A DNA stretch of 64,000 nt, taken from Geosiphon pyriformis uo1. Taxonomy: Eukaryota; Fungi; Glomeromycota. Both the position numbers and the translations under genes were made by a program. The stretch lies in NCBI GenBank assembly GCA_016748015.1, contig JAAOMT010000011.1:1-64000 (forward strand), given 5' to 3'. The notes under the pieces were generated by a model, which saw only the letters and a program-made list of their open reading frames with translations, was not told the DNA's origin and ran no database searches. Positions 40,901 through 51,437 of the stretch are shown piece after piece; position 1 is the first letter of the stretch; the number at the start of each line of letters is the position of its first letter.

Positions 40901-43533
40901 CCTAGCAATGGCATTAATCAATGGAGCCACTCAAGAAGATGTCCACCAAATGAAAGAAGCTGAATATATTGAGTACATCATGGAATTAGCTGGATTTGAT
41001 TATGAAGATGAAGTAGAAACCTACCACCAAATTGCAAGCCACACATATCCGACCAAAGAAGCTCAAATTCAACAATTAGAGCAAATGAACATTCAATTGT
41101 GTAAAGAATGTGTTATGCCTTGTGATGACCAATGGTGTTTAGAATGTTATGCTCTTAGCATTTCTCAGCCAGATGAAAATGATGAAAATGAAATCGAATT
41201 TGGAGTATTTGAACAAGTAGAAGAACTACCAACCACTTCCATCTATCTTCTTGAAAAGCAACCACCTCTACAACTTAAATATTTTGACAACCATGGCCAA
41301 GGAATCAGACCAGAAAAAGCACACGAAATTGATGCTAGATATGACTTGAGATATCCAGGAAAAGATACTTTGATTCTCCAACCAAAGTCTTTGACAAAAA
41401 TCAATCTAAAAATTGCTCTTGAAATTCCACCAGGAGCAATGGTTCAAATTGCCTCCAGATTATCATTGGCAAGCAAAGGAATCAATATTAGAGGAGGAGT
41501 TATAGATGCAGGATACATTGGAGACATTACTATTATGTTACAAAATGAGACAGACAAACCATTCAAAATTGAACATGCTGAAAAAATTGCTCAAGCAATT
41601 TACTTACCCTTAATCAACATTTCGGGTTTACAATCAGTAAACAACAGAGAACAATTGGGAAAAAGTGAAAGAGAAACTCAAGGTTTTGGTTCAACTGGAC
41701 GATTTACAGTTCCAGTAAACATAGTTCTTAATACACAAAATGAATCTCACCAGATTCTTCAACTTCCTCAGCCAATTACCATTTCATTTTTTGGAGAACA
41801 TCACGAAATTTACACTTGCTCAAAACCCAAATCTTTGAATCCAATGAACAAATCTGTTTGAAGCATGAAATATCAGTTCCAAACATTTATATTCCCAAAG
41901 GAATGAAAAAATTTTGAGTTACATTTTACAACCCCAATAATTACCCTATTGTTTTATTAAACAAATTAAAAATTAGAATCATACACAGCAATATCTTTCA
42001 AGATGAAAACTCTCAAATTGTCTCTAATTTTATCGAAATTATAAAGCACACTCTACTCCCAAATCCAAATATCATTCCCACTACTGAAAACTACCACTTG
42101 TTGGAAGAAAAACTCTCTTGAATCAATATAGGTCCCTTAGAACCTCAACAACAAAGACAATTGAAACAATTGATAGCTGAATTTGCAGACATATTTGCAA
42201 AAGACAACAATGACTTGGGAAAAACAGACATTGTTCAACATCAGATCCATACAGGAGATGCTCTACCAAAACGTCAACAAGCTTATTAAGTGCCACCTGC
42301 CAGCCACCAATTTATTAGAGAAGAGGTCCAAAGAATGCTCAATAACGGATTGATTCAACCATCAAGAAGTCCTTGGGCCTCACCAGTAGTTTTGGTTAAA
42401 AAGAAAAACAGAAAAATTAGATTCTGTGTTGATTATAGACAACTGAATAGTGTTACAATTGGAGATGCCTACCCTCTTTCAAAAATTGATAACATGCTAG
42501 ATGCTCTGGGAAAAGCCAAGTTTTTTTCAACTTTAGACCTGGAAAGTGAATACTGGCAAGTCGAAATGGACCCAAAAGATAGACCCAAAACAGCATTTAC
42601 CACTCAAGGAAGAAATTATGAGTTTAATGTTATGCCTTTTGGACTCTGCAATGCACCAGCAACATTTCAGCGATTTATGGATGTTGTCTATGAAGGGTTT
42701 TTGTGGCAATCAGTAGTTGTTTATCTTGATGATACTAATGTATACTCACCAAGCTTTGAAGTCTATCTCATTCACCTGCGAGAAGTTTTTCAATGATTAC
42801 AGAAAGCAGAATTAAAGTTAAATATTGAGAAATGTCACTTTGGAAAAACAAGTTTGATCTTTCTTGGACACATAGTTAATAAAGATGGAATCAAACCAAA
42901 TTCAAGAACAATCAATACTGTCAAAAACTTTCAAACTCCAGAAATACTACAGAACTAAGAAGATTTGTGGGATTAGCCTCTTACTATCGAAAATTCATAA
43001 AAGGATTCTCAGAAATTGCCAAACCACTCAATTATCTTACCAACAAAAACGTATCCTACAAATAGACTGAAGAACAACAAAAAGCTTTTGAAATTCTCAA
43101 AACAAAATTGACAACAGCCCCAATTCTTGCTTACCCAGACTTCAACAAACAATTCCAATTAGCTACTGATGCCTCACACATAGCATTTGGTGCTATCTTA
43201 TCACAATTGGATAAAAATGGCCAAGAACAAGTTATTGCCTATGCCAGCAGAACATTTAAGCCAACAGAACTCAAATATGGCTCAACTGAATTAGAAGCTG
43301 CTGCAGTTATTTGGGCTCTTAAACATTTTCAACAATATCTGAAAAATGAAAAAGAATTTGACATAATAACGGACAACATTGGCCTCAAATGGCTCAATAA
43401 AAAGAAAACTGAACAAAGTGCCAAACAATCTCAATGGAATGACTTCCTAGCAGACTACAGATATATTGTACACCACAAACCAGAAAAACTACATACCAAT
43501 GTTGATAGCCTTTCAAGAATGAGACAAGATTAG
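37926..43533 (+). pseudogene. A4 gag (N-domain, capsid, CCHC knuckle)-protease-Cys-rich domain-dUTPase-RT-RNase H polyprotein, with stops and frameshifts
   Basis: ORFs 37926, 39000, 39624 and 40398 share one frame; ILDSGSAGS; dUTPase motifs YDL, GVIDAGY.G, KIAQAI, GFGSTG; RT YLDD; RH ATDAS..ELEAAAV..NVDSLSR. Confidence 0.93.
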
Positions 43534-43590
43534 TACCAACAACAATTCCACCACAACTTACTAACTTACCAACAAAATAACCAAACAAGA

Positions 43591-44942
43591 ATGGATTCCA
43601 GAAACTACAGCAATCTTAAAATTATTTGGAGACCCTTACCATGCCAGAAAACTGGTCTCCAAGTGAAAAATACCGCTTACAACACTAATCAAAACAATAT
43701 TTCATACACCAGAACAAAATTTATTATAAAAATCACAGAAAACCAAACCAGCCATTCAGATTAGTACAAGAGAATGAAAAAGAAACAATTTTATACAACA
43801 TGCACACAGATCCGTTTTCAGCACACTTGGGAAAAGAGAGAACAATTCAAAGAACCTTTGAACATTATTTTTGGCCTCACATGCAAAAAGACATTTGACA
43901 ATATGTAAAATTTTGTGATAACTGCCAAAGAAGAGGAGGAACTCGCCCCACAGAACTTTTAAATCCAATCAAAGTTGGACAACCTTTTGACAGAGTTGGA
44001 ATTGATTTAGTCAGACCATTACTTATCACAACCCAAGGAAATCGTTATATTGTAGTTGCAGTGGATTATCTTACCAAATGGCCTGAAGCTAGAGCCATCC
44101 AAAAAGCAGATGCAAAATCAGTAGCAAAATTCATCTATGAAGACATTATCTGTAGACATGAATGCCCAATTGAACTCTTATTTAATCAAGGAACACATTT
44201 TGTGAACAACTTGATACAAGAAATTTGTAAACGGTTCAATGTCAAAAGATTTCTATCATCACCTTATCACCCTCAAACAAATAGACTTGTAGAACGTTTC
44301 AACAGAACATTGTGTGAATCTTTAGCCAAAGTCTCAACAGACTTTGAACAAGAATAGGATATCTTTATTCCATCAGTGTTACTAGCATACAGAACACTAA
44401 AACAAGATACTATGAAACACACACCATTTGATCTTACTTATGGAAAGACAGCAACATTACCAATTAATTTCACAGTGGAAACATACCCAGTGCAACCAAT
44501 CAATAAAGAAAACTTTCAAGAGACACTTCAAAGAAGAGCCTACACTCTTCTTAGTACACTGGAAGAAAAAAGAAGAATAGCAACAGCTCATATTGAACAT
44601 TCCCAAGCTCAACAAAAAGAAAGACATGACAACAAATTATCATCTATTACCAACGAATTTAAAGTTGAAAATAAAGTTCTCTTACACAGAACAAAGGCTG
44701 AAAAACAATGGAGTGGGAAATTTGAAAAGNNNNNNNNNNNNNNNNNNNNNNNNNNNNNNNNNNNNNNNNNNNNNNNNNNNNNNNNNNNNNNNNNNNNNNN
44801 NNNNNNNNNNNNNNNNNNNNNNNNNNNNNNNNNNNNNATTCCACAAATTGGTACACATTCCCCTTTAATTAATCCTGAAGATATTCCCCGAAATTTAGAA
44901 CCAATAATTATAATAGAACAACAACCAAACTTGAACACTTAA
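43591..44942 (+). pseudogene. A4 integrase (separate ORF after the RNase H stop), disrupted; no chromodomain
   Basis: ATG at 43591; H..H..CDNC, IDLV, QGTHF, VERFNRTL, TPFDLTYG. Confidence 0.9.
44730..44837. other. Assembly gap (108 N)
   Basis: Run of n. Confidence 1.
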
Positions 44943-45085
44943 ATTTTACAATAATTCTCTACTAAAAACACAAAGACAAAAATAGTAAATAATTACAAAA
45001 CACCCAAACCCAAAAACAAATAAAAACCCCATATCCAAAAAATAATTTTCTTTATTCTCTCTTTTCATAATTAGTCAATTTTATC

Positions 45086-45793
45086 ATAATTATTCCTCGA
45101 AATATTCAACAAATATTCCAAAAATTAATGTTAGCCTTGAAAACACTTCCTGACTTATCTATAACGATTGATGGAAGTCAAATTAAATACATTCAGAAAA
45201 AAACCACAGCCCCAGTAGCAAATCATTTACAGAACTATCACCTCTATAAAAGAGAAACAAAAAGTCACTCTGAGAATAGATTACCAAAACTTTTGAAGCA
45301 GGCACTAGAAGAAAATCTGCTAATTGCCTCTATTAACATTCCACCAAATGCTACAATGCAACAAAAACTATTACTACTTCTTAATGAACAGAACAATGAA
45401 CACACCCTTATCTATAGATACTTTCAAATTGGAAAAACACTTTATAAACGAAAACTGGAACTTGAAGCAACAAATCTCACTCCTGAAGTTATACAAAAAC
45501 AAATCTACAATAAATTCAAAACAGCAGCTGGACCAACAAACACTTGCTACAAACTTAGAGCAGCTTTTAGACTTTATGATTTGTTTAATACTTGTGAAAA
45601 TGTTCTACAAAATCCAATACTGCAATCAATGAAAGTCCAATACATTGGCAAACTCACAGAACTGAAATTTCAACAATTTTCAGACCAGATTACTTCAATC
45701 ATTTTAGATCACTATCTCAATATTACAGATAGTGTTTGGACTTTGACGGAGCTCAGTCTTGAGGAGGAGATTATGTTACCAATAGAATTTTAG
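45086..45793 (+). CDS. A4 ORF3, unknown protein of about 235 aa in the env position; frame open, start ATA here (ATG in A2/A3)
   Basis: Stop-free 221 aa from 45128 plus 14 upstream codons; runs through the PPT into the LTR; homologs in A2, A3, B and C. Confidence 0.75.
   Translation: MIIPRNIQQIFQKLMLALKTLPDLSITIDGSQIKYIQKKTTAPVANHLQNYHLYKRETKSHSENRLPKLLKQALEENLLIASINIPPNATMQQKLLLLLNEQNNEHTLIYRYFQIGKTLYKRKLELEATNLTPEVIQKQIYNKFKTAAGPTNTCYKLRAAFRLYDLFNTCENVLQNPILQSMKVQYIGKLTELKFQQFSDQITSIILDHYLNITDSVWTLTELSLEEEIMLPIEF
45761..45770 (+). other. Polypurine tract GAGGAGGAGA
   Basis: 3 nt before the 3'LTR. Confidence 0.85.
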
Positions 45794-46785
45794 CTATTAA
45801 TTAGCATGAAATTACCCTTATAATTCCTATAATTCATTAGTATATTAATATTATTTCAAATTATCATTTATTATTTAATTAATTATCACATATCACGATT
45901 CAATTAAAATAATCTAATTAGTATAACAGAAAGTAAGATAATCAAATTACACAATACCCTGAACTTTGTAACATTCAAAAATTTGCCGAAATTTACAGAA
46001 ATTTGCCGAAATTTATAAGAAATTCGCCGAAATTTACAGAAATTTGCCGAAATTATGAATAGTTTACCCAAATTAATCAATAGTTCAGCAAAATAACTTG
46101 AAGTTCATCAAAATGTATCTTTAGTTTGCTGGAATTTGGGCAAAGAGAAAAAGGGCAAGTTCATAAACTAGTACTACAACAAGTTGTATAAAAGAAGAGT
46201 TTTTCTCTTCTGAAAAATGTATCTTACTTTAGATTTATCTCTTAAAACCGTTCCTATACACACAAAAAGAAATAAATATCAAATAATTCAAAAAACCAAA
46301 TTCTTTAATTATTGTACTTGGAAAATCCCCAAAACCCAACTAACATTTCGAAATTGATTAGCTACCAATTTCAGTAAACTGTTAGTGACTCCAGGCCTGG
46401 ATAGAAAACGTTTCTCTTGACAAAATTCTATTTCTTTTACATTTCTTTTATTTTCTTTTATTTTTCTTATTACAATCATTAGGGTAGCCTACAGACGAGA
46501 TTCCTGTAGAAGAGTTGACTTTCACAGCAAAGTAACTACACATTTTTAGTGAGCTTTCAGATGAGCAATTCCTGAGAAAGAGTTGACGTTTACTACAATG
46601 TAACTACATAAAGTAACTAGCAAGGAATTGGCCATTCTACTTATAAGCCCAGCAGTTCAAATTATAGGAGATAATTTGAAGATAAATTCAGTTATTGGAG
46701 GTTCAGCTACTTCCTGAAAACGTGAATTCACAGTAGATCAACATTACCAACATTTAAGAAAAGAGACCAAAAACCTCCAGTAACA
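45774..46785 (+). repeat. A4 3' LTR
   Basis: TGTTAC...GTAACA; direct repeat of 36869-37880. Confidence 0.95.
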
Positions 46786-48635
46786 ACAGATAACCATCCA
46801 ATCTACTGAGAGCTTGTCTCCAAGCAGCTTTGATCGGAGTTTCTTTTTGTATCCAATTATTAATCAAGATGGTATATTGACACATTTTGTCACATGTCTC
46901 TTCTTTGCCAGATACATCATTCCAGAATCCTTTATCTAGCAGGATCTCACCACAGACAAGACATGGTGTACTGTTCCATTTGCCTTGTCGTTTCGGTTTT
47001 CCGAATTTTTCTATTATATATGGTCTGCAATAGTATTTTATGGTAGTTGGCTATTTTTTGTTGTCTCTAATATATGCGCCCATAGTAAATAACTTCTTTC
47101 CACAATCGACACATATTAGTCTTGGAGGTTGGTAAAATAGATTTCTTTGGTCCAAAGTTACATATCCTATTGATGATAATTGGGGCTCTTCTTCAGCTCT
47201 GCCTTTTCTTTTTTCTTCCCAGGTTGGTGGTGGGGGTAGTTCAGTTTGATAGTCATCCATTCATGAAATCTGATAGGTCTTGATGGTTGGTGGCAGTAGT
47301 GTGTCTTCGAATTCAATAAGGGGTTCCTTGGTACATTGGATTTTAAAGTGTCTGCACATAGCTGAGACTTAGGCATGCTGTCTGTTGAATGTGAGTTGAA
47401 GTTCTTGGGTGTTCCAGTCGAGAGTAGTGTTGACTTTTGACAACCAATTGTTTTCTACTAGAGCTTAATATTAAGTAGCTTCTATGACAAATACTTTGGT
47501 AGGAATCTGAATTCCATTAATTTTGAAGAGGAAGTTGTTAATTTTTCTTATTGGGGTTTTTGTGTTTCCATCTGCCATAATAATCCAGGTGGTAGCAGCA
47601 TGGTCTACTCAGTGACCTAGTTGGTCTATGAGCTGCTTTGTAATTATGCTACCGGCTGATCTACTATTCAGAATTAACTTAATGTTTATTCTTCCAACTC
47701 TGGCATCAGTATATAGGTCTGTTATTGGTTTATCTTGATTGATGGCTGCTCCACTAAAAAGACTATGGGTGTTCAAATTATCAATGTCAAAAAGAAATAT
47801 GGCAGTTAGAGTGGTGTCCTCAGTAATAGTGGCTGGTGGGATGTTGCTTTTTGTTTGCTTGAAAGGTTGGAAGATTTGTTCTACATCTTTTTCTTCCATA
47901 GGTGTAGATTTATCAAAACCCTGGTCTTCTGTGAGACTAAAATAAGAAGCTTGATTCGAGTATTCAGTTGGTGTTGGTTGAGATTGGGCAGGACCATAAA
48001 GAATTGGTTGAGACAGTTCACTGCTGGTTTGTGCCTAATTGTTGTTGAGATTCCTCCATCCCTGATTATAGTCTATAGCTCGAGGTCTGGGCTGACTATA
48101 AGGAGAAGTTTGATAGTGGGGGATTGCTTGTGTTATTGATGATGGTTAATAATAATTCTGGGGTGGTGGTTGAATATACGGGACTTGTTGTGCATATTGA
48201 GATGGTTGATTTTAAGGTATGGGATATTGGGATATCATGCTTTGCTAATATTTTGGTTGCTGATATTGGTTTCCTTGATTTTGGTCCATGATCTTTTTTC
48301 TGCAGTTCCACACAATGTGTCCAGATTTCTGGCAGTAGTAACAGTTGTAGAGATCAGTTCTCCAAAGTTGTTGCTGTTGTTGACAGTTCTGTTGCTGCAA
48401 GTATCTGTTGTTGTTATTTTCTCTCTGTTGTGGTGGTTGATAGGTTCCTGTAGTTCTGGCTAAGAATCCCTTAATTTTCTGAGTTAGTTTTTCACTCAAT
48501 TGGGTTATTTTTGCATCAATGTCCGAGGTTCTATTAATGGCTAAATTAATGGCTTGAGTATGATTTGCTTCTTGTTCTGCAGACTCAAAATTATAAGTGA
48601 GAGCAATAGTGTCTTGTAAATTGGTCGGATGGTGG
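46786..48635 (-). pseudogene. Family B gag C-half, zinc knuckle, protease and first part of the Cys-rich domain
   Basis: CYYCQKSGHIVWNC; LILNSRSAGS; LICVDCGKKL. Confidence 0.88.
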
Positions 48636-49296
48636 TGTTACAGGTGACAAGTTCTGGTGTTGAATTAAATAACAACCCATAACTTGGTGCTCAAAAAGCT
48701 ATTTTCGTTGATGATGTTCTGAAAGTGTTGTATTTGAAAGTTTTGATGGAGTCTTTTGTATAATAGACAGAGATTCAATAGTTGTTTTATTCAAGCTTCC
48801 CAGACTCGCAAGTCTGTTAATTTTTTTCTTGGCTTGGTGGCCAGCAATCCTCTGATAAGTAATCCGTATCTTCTGTACATGTTCTATCTACTCACAAGAG
48901 TCTTTTACCAGACAATTCTTGACGTCAGTAATCAGCACTTTTAATTAATGGGTTAGTGCACAATAACAAAATCACAGAAAATAAAGAAAATAAAGAAATC
49001 TAAAGAAATAAGCCAAGGTGATTTGTAGATTAGTATCCCGTCAATAGCTGTGATCAAGAGTTATTGTTCTAGTGTAGTTAAGTATCAATTACTATCAACA
49101 TGAAGTGTTGATAGTGGAGAGTGGATTGAGATATGAAATAATTATTTATTTGATGATTGTGTTTCTAGACTAAAAATTCTGTGGTATTAATTTCTCTGAG
49201 AGGAATCCTGGAATTCCACATTTACTATATCTACCTCTGATTGGCTAATATCTACTGACTAATAATACTATATTTTCTTATATTCTATGAGTAACA
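48636..49296 (-). repeat. Family C 3' LTR (661 bp)
   Basis: TGTTAC...GTAACA; repeat of 57737-58321. Confidence 0.93.
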
Positions 49297-49310
49297 TTAT
49301 TCCCTTCTTT

Positions 49311-49940
49311 TTAATATTAAGCTCCATCAAAATCTAATTCTTTTAATTCTCCCTCTTGAATTATTTCTTGAACTTTTTTTTCGAGTATTACTTATGTTAT
49401 TTGACTTTGTAATTCTTCAAATTGGACATTGGTCATTTTTCCTAATTGATTACTCGTAACTGTATCCATTGCTGTGTTGAGTAAGATTTCTGGTCAGTCT
49501 TGAAATCCTATATATAGCTGGTAAATGGCTCGAGCTTGTGTGGTTAGATTGTTTTTTCTCACAAATTGTTCTAGTTGTCTCAGTATTGTTGTGTCAAATA
49601 ACCATTTTGTTTTGTCAGTGTATAAATTCTGGATATTTATGTGTTGTCCCAAGTAGAAATAACAATAGTTTTTCAGAAATTTTTGCATCCACCAAGTCCA
49701 AGTTTCTCTGATAAGATCTTAGTGTAATCTGACTATTTGTTGTTTGTTTATGGCCAATTTTATTTTGGTCATGATCTTGTTAACAACATTTTCAAGTCTT
49801 TTCTGTGCTTTGTGTTGTGGTATCTTTGCCATATTTTTGTAACAAATGGTTTGTTAATTGATTGTAATTTCTATTTCTTGGTGTTGGATCAATTGAAAGA
49901 GTTGTTGTGCTAGTGAGTGGATGTTGTTGGTTATTTCCAT
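49311..49940 (-). pseudogene. Family C ORF3, disrupted
   Basis: MEITNNIHSLAQQLFQLIQHQEIEITIN..YFYLGQHI..AIYQLYIGF..LGKMTNVQF. Confidence 0.8.
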
Positions 49941-49975
49941 TTTTCTGGTATCTTTTGTCATATCAACTATGTCTT

Positions 49976-51376
49976 TATATACTCTTTTGTTGTTTAATTT
50001 TACGTGTTTGGTCTAATAATTATAATTGGTTCCCAGTCTTGTGGAATCTTATTTGGTTGGACTAGTATTCTTTGTACTCCCAGTTGTGGAATGTTATTGG
50101 TAAATGCTGATGCTATTTGGTGATATGGTTTTAATTGATCACCATGTGCTGCTTTGTCTAAAATTCTGTTGTCCAGTCTTAATTTGTAAGCTCCATTTCC
50201 TAGAATTTTTTCTATGTGAAATAGTTCATTCTATTTGGGGTCAAATTTTCCACTCTATTGTTTTTCTGCTTTAGTATAATGTAAAAGTACTTTGTCTTCA
50301 ATCTTGAATTCAACTGGTTTGTCTGGTAGTTGGTTATCATGCCTCTCTTTTTGTTTCTCTTGTGCCTTTTTAATGTTATCAGCTGCTTTTCATCACTTGT
50401 TTTCTAGAGTTTCCATTAAATTATATGTTCTTCTTAGTAACATTTCCTAAGAATTGTCTACAGTTATTGGTTCTGTTGGATAAGTGTTGACTTCTATCTC
50501 AACTGGTAGTGTTGCTGTTCTACTGTATACTAATTCAAATGGTGTTGCTTGTATAGTGTCTTGTTTCATTGTCTGATATGCCAATAATATGGATTGTATA
50601 AACAAATCCCATTTATCTTGGTTTTTTTGGCTGAGTTTTGCTATTGCTTCACATAATGTTCTATTAAATCTTTCAACTAATCCATTGGTTTGTGAATGGT
50701 ATGGTGATGATAGTGGTCTCTTAATTCCGAATCTTTGGCTTAGTTCTGCTAATATTCTATTCACAAAATGAGTTCCTTGGTTTGATAATAGTTCTTTTGG
50801 ACTTCCATGTCGACAAATCAAATCTTGATGGACGAATTCGGCAACAGATTCTGCATCTGCTCTTTGAATTGCTTTTACCTCTGGCCATTTAGTAAGATAG
50901 TCCATAGCTACTGCTATGTATCTGTTTTCTCTGCTGGTGATTATTAATGGTCCAACTAAATCAATTCCAATATAGTCGAATGATTGTCCCACTTTGATTG
51001 GTCTTAATGGTTCACTGAGTCTTGTTTTTTTTTTTCACTGACAAGCATCACAATTTTGTACATATTGTATGATGTCTGGATACATTGATGGCCAATAGTA
51101 TCTCTTTCTGGTTCTTTCTATAGTTGCTTCTTTATGAAAATGTCCTGCAGTTGGATCTGAGTGCATGTTGAACAGTATTGTTTCTTTCTCTGGTTCTGTA
51201 ATTACTCTGGTTAGCTGATCTGAATCTTTTCTATTTTTCCGATAAAGTATATTTTGGTGGGTAATAAAATATTTGGATTGTTGTTTGATCCTCTTTTGTT
51301 CTGGTTGAGATAATTTCTCCTTGAACTGTTAAGTATCTATATAATGTTGAAGTTGTTGATATTTTTGTGTGTTCAT
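49976..51376 (-). pseudogene. Family C integrase (separate ORF), disrupted
   Basis: ATG at 51376; GIDLVGP, NQGTHF, GLVERFNRTL (50447-50992). Confidence 0.88.
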
Positions 51377-51437
51377 CTTTTGTTATATTTTTGTGAGTAT
51401 TGTTTTGGTTTTGTTATATTTTTGGGTTGAAATATCC

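Larger units (their letters stand above)
36869..46785 (+). mobile_element. Family A copy A4: full-length (about 9.9 kb) Ty3/Gypsy element with TSD ACGG/ACAG
   Basis: LTRs 36869-37880 and 45774-46785, PBS 37883-37892, PPT 45761-45770, all domains in order. Confidence 0.96.

Noticed and set aside
45086-45793. ORF3 as an envelope glycoprotein or chromodomain
   Set aside because: No signal peptide, transmembrane segment, furin/fusion pattern or chromodomain motif visible
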